Assembly: GCA_020844795.1 (NCBI GenBank)
Contig: CP086218.1
Coordinates: 788,622-847,478, forward strand
Direction: 5' to 3'
Length of the DNA: 58,857 nucleotides
DNA from: Methanothrix sp.
GTDB taxonomy: Archaea; Halobacteriota; Methanosarcinia; Methanotrichales; Methanotrichaceae
Shown here piece by piece: positions 50,780-58,857 of the stretch. Made by a program: the position numbers and the translations under genes. Positions within the stretch are counted from its first letter, which is position 1. Each line of letters begins with the position of its first letter. Under the pieces are notes generated by a model. That model ran no database searches and was not told where the DNA came from. It worked only from the letters and a program-made list of their open reading frames with translations.

Positions 50780-51973
50780 ATGTTCTATATGAGCGGCAAA
50801 TCTTCCCGTAACGATATCCCATCATCGGCGGCCTCCTCCATTATAGCCCTCATCCTCATAATATCGATCCCGGCGTCGGCGACCTCCGGTCTCGAGGCGA
50901 ACGTCTACGGAGAGATCGTTATGAAGACGGCGGAGTCTGAACCGGCTCCACCAGAAGGGGTACCCGGCGCGGCCGCAGCCTCCAGAGAGGTGGCGTCCCC
51001 TGGGGCGGCGGCTTCAGAGGTCTCGGCCTCTGAGGATGCAGGTCCAGAGGATCCCGGCGAGGTCGCCACGGAGCCGGAGCCGCCTGACACGGAGATCGGG
51101 GAGGCTGTAGTCTACGTCTTCAACCGGGACGATGACACCCTCAGCGTATCCCTATTCATAGACTCGGAGCTGAAGAGTACCGAGGAGATCTCAAGGGATA
51201 GGGAGAAGAAGTTCGGAAACTACCCCCTCGAGGCCGGCCCTCACACCTTCAAGATCACGTGGTGGGACGACGACACCAAGAAGATCCACCAGGAGGAGGT
51301 CGTCGCCGTGGTGGAGCGGTTGACCCCGGTCACCCTGTATACAACCCGGAATACGGGGCCTGAGAAGTTCGACATAAACGTGATGCTCAGAAACGACAAC
51401 AAAGAAGATCTGGAGGCCTACCTCTACATCAACGGCGAATACGAACGGCTGAGGACCGCCAAGAAAGAGAGCACCACCGACCTGGGCAAGTTCAGCATCG
51501 AAGAGGGGATACACGTCCTGGCGGTGAGGTGGCAGGACCCAGCGACGAAGATCGAGTACGAGAACCGGAAGACCGTCAGGGTCGAGGGAAGGACCGTCGT
51601 CACCTTCTACGCCCCCAGGGGTATGGACTTTGAGACGGCGGGGAAGTTGGAACCGGATACGACGGCGTCCAGGAGAGCCGCCACCGTCGCTGCCACCCCC
51701 ACAGCTTCGAATGCGAGAACCTCTCCGACGAACGATGTAGATGAGGATCTATCGTCCCAGACCGCAGCGAGGGGTTCTACGGGTCCGTCGTCGGATTCCC
51801 AAGCCGCGAAGGTCGGGGTGGAGAATAGGGCAGACAGAGACCAGGAGGAGAGGGGATACCTGGGGGATAGGGGCGATTTGGAGGACGAAACTCCAGGGGG
51901 GCCTAGGACGACCCTCTATCTGTCGACGATAGGGGCGATCCTCGTCGTCTACATAATATTTTTCAGGCGTTGA
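50780..51973 (+). CDS. Secreted protein with duplicated beta domain and C-terminal TM anchor
   Basis: Signal peptide, two similar domains (N.D...L...L.I..E..) and a C-terminal TM helix ending FFRR. Confidence 0.7.
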   Translation: MFYMSGKSSRNDIPSSAASSIIALILIISIPASATSGLEANVYGEIVMKTAESEPAPPEGVPGAAAASREVASPGAAASEVSASEDAGPEDPGEVATEPEPPDTEIGEAVVYVFNRDDDTLSVSLFIDSELKSTEEISRDREKKFGNYPLEAGPHTFKITWWDDDTKKIHQEEVVAVVERLTPVTLYTTRNTGPEKFDINVMLRNDNKEDLEAYLYINGEYERLRTAKKESTTDLGKFSIEEGIHVLAVRWQDPATKIEYENRKTVRVEGRTVVTFYAPRGMDFETAGKLEPDTTASRRAATVAATPTASNARTSPTNDVDEDLSSQTAARGSTGPSSDSQAAKVGVENRADRDQEERGYLGDRGDLEDETPGGPRTTLYLSTIGAILVVYIIFFRR

Positions 51974-51977
51974 TCCC

Positions 51978-53561
51978 ATGATGAGGTTTCTCGCGATCCT
52001 CCTCCTCGCCTCGACTATCGGCTCTGGAGTCGAGTGGGGGGACCGGGCCGAGGGGGAGCTGCGGTGGGGGGAGGCCCTCTCCATAGGTGGATACTCCCTG
52101 GAGGCGGCGGACTTCACCCCCGAAGAGGTGACGCCGAGGATGGTGATGCTGGAGCTATCCAGGGGCGGAGAGCTGATCGCCACGAGAGCCCTCGGTTCTG
52201 GGGAGAGCTTCTCCCTGGATGATGAGGTGATGGTCGTAGCCCAGGAGGTCTGGATGAGGGACCGGCTCGTCGACGGCCTGGTGGAGCCCCGGGCCAGGGT
52301 GGTCCTCCTCGTCCGTGCCGCCCCGGAGATTCGGGTCCTGGTGATCTCGGAAGAGGACTCCTTTGAGGCTGGAGAGGTGGTTAAGCTCAAAGTCGAGGTC
52401 GAGAACGTCGGGTTGGTTGAGGCAGAGGATGTGGTGGTGGAGGTGACGACGGACCCACCGATCTTCTCCTCGATATACAGGAGGTCGGGCCTCCTCCCGG
52501 GGGAGATCTGGGACGAGGATCGCCAGACTGTTGAGGTCGATCCCATAAAGGTGAGGTTCGCTGCCCCCTCGATGGACGGACCCCAGGACGTATCGGTGAA
52601 GGTCAGGGCCCGGTACCTCGACGGCAGAGGCGTCGCCCACGAATCCTGGGGTGGGACGAGCTTTAGGATCTTCGGCCTCCTCAAGCTGAACAAATACGCA
52701 GATGAGGCGATGAAGCTCAAAGATGAGAGCATAGTCCGCCTCTCCGTCAGCAACCGGGGGGAGAGGCCCCTGGTGGTCGATCTATCCGACTCCGCCGGCC
52801 GGGACTTTGATGCGGACTCTCCCCTCAAATGGAAGATCTCCATACCTCCGGGGGATATGGAGTCGAAGAGCTACACCATCCGGGCCAGGAAGCCTGGGGA
52901 GGGGCAGGCCCTGCCGCCGGCAGAGGCCACCTACTCCATCGACGGCGTCACCTACAGGGTCACCTCCAGAAGCCCGGTGGTCGACGTCATAGGCCCCCTG
53001 GTGGTGGTGGAGAAGAAGGCCGCCCCCACCACGGTCCAGAAGGGGGGGGATCTGACGGTGACCCTCACGGCGACGAACGTCGGCAACCGCAGGACGATGG
53101 TCTCGGCGGAGGAGACGGTCCCCGCCTGGGGCAGCCTCGCCTCCGGGGAGAAGGACCTCTCCCGCCTCCTCCTCCCAGGGGAGACCGCCGCCCTGATATA
53201 CACCATATCGTGCCCCATCGCCGGAAGGTTTGAGATCCCGCCGACGAGCGTATGTTACCGCGACGAGGACGGGACCGCCTGCACCGTCGAATCTCCGCGG
53301 ATCAGGATCGTCGTCGAGGAGGAAGAGGAGGCGGACCCGAATACCACCACCGATACGCCGGTTTTGGCACCATCCTCGACGGGAGGCTCATCTCCGGCCG
53401 AGGAGGGAGGGGCCATCATAGCGAAGAGATCTGACGGCGACGTAGACGGAGGAGAGAGGAGAGACGGGCAAGAAGGCCAGGCTTCAGGGGGAGGGTCTTC
53501 ATTATGGGCCCTGGCAGCCCTGATACTGATGATATTCATCGCCCTCGATAGATACCTTTAG
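51978..53561 (+). CDS. Cell-surface Ig-like (BatD/DUF11/CARDB-like) protein with C-terminal TM anchor
   Basis: Repeated V.L.V.N.G motifs, a Pro/Thr linker and a C-terminal TM helix. Confidence 0.7.
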   Translation: MMRFLAILLLASTIGSGVEWGDRAEGELRWGEALSIGGYSLEAADFTPEEVTPRMVMLELSRGGELIATRALGSGESFSLDDEVMVVAQEVWMRDRLVDGLVEPRARVVLLVRAAPEIRVLVISEEDSFEAGEVVKLKVEVENVGLVEAEDVVVEVTTDPPIFSSIYRRSGLLPGEIWDEDRQTVEVDPIKVRFAAPSMDGPQDVSVKVRARYLDGRGVAHESWGGTSFRIFGLLKLNKYADEAMKLKDESIVRLSVSNRGERPLVVDLSDSAGRDFDADSPLKWKISIPPGDMESKSYTIRARKPGEGQALPPAEATYSIDGVTYRVTSRSPVVDVIGPLVVVEKKAAPTTVQKGGDLTVTLTATNVGNRRTMVSAEETVPAWGSLASGEKDLSRLLLPGETAALIYTISCPIAGRFEIPPTSVCYRDEDGTACTVESPRIRIVVEEEEEADPNTTTDTPVLAPSSTGGSSPAEEGGAIIAKRSDGDVDGGERRDGQEGQASGGGSSLWALAALILMIFIALDRYL

Positions 53562-53580
53562 AGATCGATAGGGAATTGAG

Positions 53581-54810
53581 ATGATGGGCTATAGACCGAT
53601 GAAGATGAAAGCCGCCGAATCCCGGATGAGAAGGGGCATCGGCCGAAGGTCTCTATTCGCCGTCGGATACCTGATCGTAGCCGCCCTTCTCATCTCGACG
53701 ATCGCCCAGACCGCCTCCGGCCAGCCGCCAGACCTCAGGTGGGAGAAGGTCTTCGGGGGTGCGGGGGACGAGAGGGGGCTCTCCCTGCTGGAGACGAGAG
53801 ACGCCGGCCTCATCGTCGCGGGCTACACCGGATCTAAGGGAGCAGGGGATAGGGACCTCCTCCTCATAAAGACCGATAAAGAGGGGGAGGTGGAGTGGGA
53901 GAGGACGATCGGCGGGCCAGGCCGGGACGAGGGCTGGGCTCTGGTGGAGACGAAGGACGGGTTCGTCATAGCCGGGGTCACCGACTCCTGGGGTTCCGGC
54001 AGAAGAGACCTCTTGCTGGTCAAGACCGACGCCGAAGGCTACGAGAGGTGGAAGAAGACCTTCGGGGGGGCTGGCGACGACTGGGGGGTCGCCCTCCTGG
54101 AGACGAGGGACGGGTTCATCGCCGCCGGAGTCACCACCTCCAGCGGCTCCGGCGGCTCTGACGGCTGGATCGTAAAGACCGATACTGACGGGAACGGGGA
54201 ATGGGAGGTCTTCATCGGCGGTTCAAAGGACGACGGCTTCTCATCGATGGTGGAGACCGGGGGAGGGTACGTCCTGGCGGGGACGACGGAATCTTACGGC
54301 GCAGGCGGAAAGGACGTCTGGCTGGTGAAGACGGACCTCCACGGGGAGAGGATCTGGGAGAAGACCTTCGGGAAAAGCTCCGACGAGAGGGGCAACTCGA
54401 TCATCGACCTGGGAGATGGTCTCCTGGTGGTGGGGGTCACCGAGGACCTCGGCTCCGGGGGAAGAGACCTCTTCCTCATCAAGACCGATTATGAGGGGGA
54501 GAAGCTCTGGGAGAAGACCCTGGGCGGCCCGGGAGATGACGGTGGGATGGCGGCTCTTGCGGTGGCCGGCGGGGTCGTCATCCTAGGGCAGACCGACTCC
54601 CAGGGGATGGGAAGCCAGGATCTGTGGCTATTGAAGGTGAGCTTCGAAGGCGATAAGATCTGGGAGAAGACCTTCGGAGGGAGAGGCTTCGACCTGGGCA
54701 GGTCGATCGTCTCGACGAAGGACGGCGGAATGGCGGTCGCGGGATGGACGGAATCTGCGGGGTCGGGAGGTGAGGACCTGTGGCTGTTGAAGACCGAGAA
54801 GCCGCAGTGA
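53581..54810 (+). CDS. Secreted beta-propeller repeat protein (third paralog)
   Basis: WEKTFGG..DD.G...ET.DG...AG.T.S.G.G..D..L.KTD repeats. Confidence 0.8.
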   Translation: MMGYRPMKMKAAESRMRRGIGRRSLFAVGYLIVAALLISTIAQTASGQPPDLRWEKVFGGAGDERGLSLLETRDAGLIVAGYTGSKGAGDRDLLLIKTDKEGEVEWERTIGGPGRDEGWALVETKDGFVIAGVTDSWGSGRRDLLLVKTDAEGYERWKKTFGGAGDDWGVALLETRDGFIAAGVTTSSGSGGSDGWIVKTDTDGNGEWEVFIGGSKDDGFSSMVETGGGYVLAGTTESYGAGGKDVWLVKTDLHGERIWEKTFGKSSDERGNSIIDLGDGLLVVGVTEDLGSGGRDLFLIKTDYEGEKLWEKTLGGPGDDGGMAALAVAGGVVILGQTDSQGMGSQDLWLLKVSFEGDKIWEKTFGGRGFDLGRSIVSTKDGGMAVAGWTESAGSGGEDLWLLKTEKPQ

Positions 54811-55463
54811 AGCCACCCCGTCGGATAGGCGGCCGTTTCGATCCTCTCCCGGCGGACCCGGAGGGTCCCGACGGGCCGGATCAGGAGGAGGTCTATGAGG
54901 AAGCCGAGGATACCTGCCTCCTCCTCAGAGCAGCCGTAGAGGAGGTCCGTCCCGACGACTTCGTCCTGGAGCTGGGATGCGGAAGAGGGGTCATATCTAA
55001 AACCATCGCCCCCCTGGCCCAGAGGGTCATCGCCACAGATATAAACCCCATCGCCGTCGATCTCCTCCGACGGGAGGGAATCGAGACCGTCCGGGCCGAC
55101 CTCTTCTCCGGGATAAGCTGGCGCTTCGATCTTGTCCTCTTCAACCCACCCTACCTTCCAACGGGGGAGGAGGAGGTTCTGGAGGGGTGGCTGAACAGCG
55201 CCTTCGACGGCGGGGCTACGGGGAGAGAGACGATAAACAGGTTCCTGGAAGCCCTTGGAGACCATCTGGAGGCTGGGGGGGGCCGCGCCCTCCTCCTCAT
55301 ATCAAGCCTCTGTGGGGCTTCAGAGGTTATGGAGAAGGCACGGCGGGAGGGGCTGACGGCGGAGGTGGTGGCGAGGGAGAGATACTTCTTCGAGGAGCTC
55401 CTGGTCCTGAGGCTCGCCCTTCCCCGGTGGGGGGACTCTTCGCCACCTGCGATGAAGTCGTAG
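54807..55463 (+). CDS. HemK2/MTQ2 family methyltransferase
   Basis: VYE.AEDT.LL, LELGCGRG, DINP, FNPPYLP and GG.TGRE motifs; the GTG start overlaps the upstream stop. Confidence 0.88.
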   Translation: MKPPRRIGGRFDPLPADPEGPDGPDQEEVYEEAEDTCLLLRAAVEEVRPDDFVLELGCGRGVISKTIAPLAQRVIATDINPIAVDLLRREGIETVRADLFSGISWRFDLVLFNPPYLPTGEEEVLEGWLNSAFDGGATGRETINRFLEALGDHLEAGGGRALLLISSLCGASEVMEKARREGLTAEVVARERYFFEELLVLRLALPRWGDSSPPAMKS

Positions 55464-55734
55464 CCGGAGGCGGCCGTCCGCAGGCTTATTTAAATATGCA
55501 TTATATATCCAGAGTGGGGCGGATCTTCTGGCGATGCCAACTGGTGGGCCCGGATCGTTTAAAACCCCGCCGATCGGAGGGCTCTGATCCTCATAATCGA
55601 CCCGATCTCAGGATATGATCGGGATGATATCTCGGCGATATTATCCTCGAATAATTTTGCCTTATCAAAGCAAAACTGTTTGATTCCAATAAACTTATAT
55701 CCGATGCACAATAACCCGTTATATCAGAGGTGAT

Positions 55735-56142
55735 TTGATGATGAAGATCAGAGTTGTAAGTTCGAAGAAGGAGATAGACGAGCTCAACAGAAACGAGCAG
55801 ATGATACACCTGGCCTTCAGAGCCTCCAATACGGACATATTCAGGCTCCTCCAGTCCTGCCCCAGGCTCAGAGCCATCCAGGTCCCCTCGTCCTACTACA
55901 AGACGATGTCCCACGCCGGCCAGATGTTCCTGGAGATGCAGGGGGTGGAGATCATCGAAGGGGACGTATGGGGCCACAGGAAGGATATCGACGAATATTA
56001 TACCGTCGATGACAAGGTGATCGATAGGATAAACAACCTCCAGTCCGACGGGATCAACGTCGACGAGATCGCCGGAAGGATCTCCAGGGAGTCGAAGCTA
56101 TCTGCGTCGATGGTCAGGTACATGATAAAACAGACGGCTTGA
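55735..56142 (+). CDS. DUF1699 family protein
   Basis: KIRVVSS, HLAFR.SN and EGDVWGHRKDI.EY motifs. Confidence 0.88.
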   Translation: MMMKIRVVSSKKEIDELNRNEQMIHLAFRASNTDIFRLLQSCPRLRAIQVPSSYYKTMSHAGQMFLEMQGVEIIEGDVWGHRKDIDEYYTVDDKVIDRINNLQSDGINVDEIAGRISRESKLSASMVRYMIKQTA

Positions 56143-56278
56143 GGATATCTACCTCTCCGGGCGAGCGTCTCTCCAGCCGAGATCGGCCCCGATCAGATCC
56201 CCAGTTTGGCGGGGGGTCGGGGCTTAAGGGGGTTATCGGTCTGATGAGACGACGTAGCGGCGATTCGGTGGTGGTTCT

Positions 56279-56683
56279 ATGATTAAGATAAGGATAATCA
56301 GCTCCAAGGACGACATAAAAGACCTCACGAGGAACGATCTTACGGTCCACCTCGCCTACAGGGCATCCAGCACCGACATGTTCAGGCTTCTCCAGGCGAG
56401 CCCCAGGCTCAGGGTAGTGCAGGTCCCGCCTTCATACTATAAGAATATGCCCAACACCGGGAGGGCTTTCCTGGAGACCCAGGGGGTCCAGATAATCGAG
56501 GGGGACGTATGGGGCCACAGAAAGGATATCGACGAGTACTACGTCATCAACGACGATATGATAGCGAGGATAAAAGAGCTCCAGTCCGACGGACTTGACG
56601 CCGGAGAGATCTCCTCGAGGATATCCTGGGAGATGAAGCTATCTCCGTCGATGGTCAACTACATCATAAGACAATCAGCCTGA
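56279..56683 (+). CDS. DUF1699 family protein (tandem paralog)
   Basis: Same motifs as 55735-56142. Confidence 0.88.
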   Translation: MIKIRIISSKDDIKDLTRNDLTVHLAYRASSTDMFRLLQASPRLRVVQVPPSYYKNMPNTGRAFLETQGVQIIEGDVWGHRKDIDEYYVINDDMIARIKELQSDGLDAGEISSRISWEMKLSPSMVNYIIRQSA

Positions 56684-56721
56684 ACGGGCGGAAGATAACC
56701 CCCACGTCCGGGCTGAGCCCT

Positions 56722-57669
56722 TTATTCTTTCGTTCGGCCTTCCTCCTCCTCCAGGATCTCCACCATCCTATCCAGGACCTCGGCGACGCCGGTGCCGCTC
56801 AGAGTGGACATGGTCATACCAATCCCATCGTAGGGGGCGATGTCCACCTTATTTGCCACCACCAGGACGGGGAGACGGAGCCAGGGCTGGATGTCCTCCA
56901 GAAGGCGGAGCTGCTCCTCCAGGGAGAAGCCGCAGTGCTCGCTAGGGTCCAGGATGTAGAGGACGACTCCCCGGAGGTGTCGAAGGGCGGCTATCGCCTG
57001 AAGCTCGATCTCATTTCTTTCGCAGAGGGGTCGATCCAAGAGTCCGGGGGTGTCGACCACCTGATACCTCTGATGACCTCTTGTGAAGTGGCCCACCCCC
57101 ACGCCCTTCGTGGTGAAGGGGTAGCTGGCGATCTCGGGCCTCGCCCCGGTCACCGCCGTCATGAAGGAAGACTTGCCGACGTTCGGGTACCCTGCGACGA
57201 TGATGGTGGGGAGGTCAGGGTCTACGGTCGGCATGAACCTCAGCTTCTGGCGGGCGTCGTTGAGGAAGAGGAGGTCCTTCTCGATGGACTTCATCACCGA
57301 GGCCATCCTCCCGAAGGAGGCCCTTCTTACCGACGGCTTGTCTTTGGCCCCCTTCATCTCCGCCAGGTGTTCCTTGGTGATCGTCCGGATCTGGGCAGCT
57401 GCCCAGGAGACCCTGGATAGATGGATCCTCATCTCGTCCACCCCCACCACGGCGTCGGCGAGATCGTAGTAGAAGGGCGGGATGTTCACAAAGGATGGGT
57501 ACTTTCGGACCAGGTTTGTCAGGTTGTCTGAGAGGATGTTTCCTGCGGTCATCAGCATCGCCTCGTCCTTTTTCCGGCTCGAAGCAGCCCTCGTCGACCT
57601 TCTGAAGGCCCGGTCCACCAGCTCCTGGGACGTGGGGACGGTTGGAAGCCTTTCGAACATAACCGCCAT
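56722..57669 (-). CDS. NOG1 family GTPase
   Basis: GYPNVGKS, YPFTT, DTPGLLDR and NKVD motifs. Confidence 0.92.
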   Translation of the reverse strand: MAVMFERLPTVPTSQELVDRAFRRSTRAASSRKKDEAMLMTAGNILSDNLTNLVRKYPSFVNIPPFYYDLADAVVGVDEMRIHLSRVSWAAAQIRTITKEHLAEMKGAKDKPSVRRASFGRMASVMKSIEKDLLFLNDARQKLRFMPTVDPDLPTIIVAGYPNVGKSSFMTAVTGARPEIASYPFTTKGVGVGHFTRGHQRYQVVDTPGLLDRPLCERNEIELQAIAALRHLRGVVLYILDPSEHCGFSLEEQLRLLEDIQPWLRLPVLVVANKVDIAPYDGIGMTMSTLSGTGVAEVLDRMVEILEEEEGRTKE

Positions 57670-57782
57670 GGGTGTCCCTACATGGAGATAAACTTTGAGT
57701 CTGGGGGTAAAACTCATCAAATAAAATGTTTGCGGAACCTTTTTATAGCTTGAGGCCGAACATGAGGAGGTGAGGTGACCTG

Positions 57783-58061
57783 TTGAAGAGGTTGGGCACC
57801 ACCGTCCATTCAGTTCAGAAGAAGTTGATTGTGCGCGGAGAGCCGATGATCGGCGAAAAGAAGACCGAGATTCCGAGGATCAATTCTGTGGTTGTAGATC
57901 AGAAGAAGGCCAGAATCGGCCGGGTTTTTGACATATTCGGCCCGAAGGATCACCCCTACATCGTCGTCAAGCCCTATAGAGACGTCGATATGGCAGTTCA
58001 CCTGGGAAAGAAACTCTACTTCGAGGAGCGCGGATTCGGTGGAAGAAATAGAAAAGATTAG
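57783..58061 (+). CDS. gar1: H/ACA RNP complex subunit Gar1/Naf1
   Basis: [17 protein letters not shown] motifs; conserved position upstream of tfb. Confidence 0.85.
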   Translation: MKRLGTTVHSVQKKLIVRGEPMIGEKKTEIPRINSVVVDQKKARIGRVFDIFGPKDHPYIVVKPYRDVDMAVHLGKKLYFEERGFGGRNRKD

Positions 58062-58857
58062 GGAGATCGAACGGTCTGAGAAGGAGAAGATCCAGGAGAA
58101 GATCAAGCTCAGGCGGGAGAAGGAGAAGGTCGACGAGTTCGAGAAGTTCATCGTAGAGTGTCCCGAGTGCGCAAGCCACGCCCTCGTCCACGACTACGAG
58201 AGAGCCGAGCTCGTCTGCTCCGACTGCGGCCTCGTCATAGACGAGAACTTCATAGACCAGGGGCCTGAGTGGAGGGCCTTCGACCACGACCAGAGGATGA
58301 AGAGGTCGAGGGTCGGTGCTCCCATGACCTACACCATCCACGACAAGGGCTTATCGACGATGATAGACTGGAGGAACCGGGACTCTTACGGCAAGACTAT
58401 CTCATCGAAGAACAGGGCCCAGCTCTACCGCCTGCGAAAGTGGCAGCGGAGGATCAGGGTCAGCAACGCCACCGAGAGGAACCTCGCCTTCGCCCTATCC
58501 GAACTCGACAGGATGGCCTCGGCCCTGGGCCTCTCGAGGAACGTCAGGGAGACGGCGGCGGTGATATACCGGAAGGCCGTCGACAAGAACCTGATCCGGG
58601 GAAGGTCCATAGAGGGGGTCGCCGCAGCGGCTTTATACGCCGCATGCCGGCAGTGCAACGTCCCCAGGACCTTAGACGAGATCGCCGAGGTCTCGAGGGT
58701 TTCGAGGAAGGAGATCGGCAGGACCTACAGGTTCGTATCCCGGGAGCTCGCCCTGAAGCTGATGCCGACGAGCCCCATCGACTACATACCCCGGTTCTGC
58801 TCCGGGCTGAGCCTGAAAGGCGAGGTCCAGGCGAAGGGGATCGAGATCCTCCGCCAG
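58039..58857 (+). CDS. tfb: Transcription initiation factor IIB (3' end truncated by the window)
   Basis: Manual translation from GTG 58039: CPEC..CSDCG zinc ribbon, [29 protein letters not shown] and GRSIEG. Confidence 0.95.
   Translation, partial: MEEIEKIREIERSEKEKIQEKIKLRREKEKVDEFEKFIVECPECASHALVHDYERAELVCSDCGLVIDENFIDQGPEWRAFDHDQRMKRSRVGAPMTYTIHDKGLSTMIDWRNRDSYGKTISSKNRAQLYRLRKWQRRIRVSNATERNLAFALSELDRMASALGLSRNVRETAAVIYRKAVDKNLIRGRSIEGVAAAALYAACRQCNVPRTLDEIAEVSRVSRKEIGRTYRFVSRELALKLMPTSPIDYIPRFCSGLSLKGEVQAKGIEILRQ

Overview
A GC-rich archaeal chromosomal segment, most consistent with a Methanothrix/Methanosaeta-type methanogen (SepCysS, MTH865, DUF1890/DUF1894, DUF1699, aCPSF1-PsmB, Gar1-TFB). 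The flanks (1-7.8 kb and 41.2-58.9 kb) carry secreted TPR and beta-propeller proteins, a REC-PAS-histidine kinase and housekeeping genes. The centre (about 7.9-41.2 kb) is a dense sulfur cluster: cysK, cysE fused to DUF59, iscSU, thiI, an E1 enzyme, two ubiquitin-like sulfur carriers, moaE, metX/metY, SepCysS, tRNA-Cys, cysS, ncsA, larE, sufS, fdhD, nadA, a radical SAM protein and a rhodanese-like protein. Three things stand out. (1) A 12-bp palindrome, T(A/C)AC(A/G)AT(T/C)GT(T/G)A, recurs about 12 times, mostly just downstream of TATA boxes of most transcription units in the cluster. This looks like a sulfur regulon, with candidate regulators inside the cluster. (2) An 84-aa secreted or lipoprotein-like peptide has 20 Cys in CxCxx pentads and sits divergent from an OB-fold/ABC exporter/inactive rhodanese operon under the same operator. 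(3) The tRNA-Cys-cysS unit carries a C73 discriminator, a G6 frameshift and an in-frame amber codon, near an intact SepCysS. All calls come from reading the sequence; no database searches were run.
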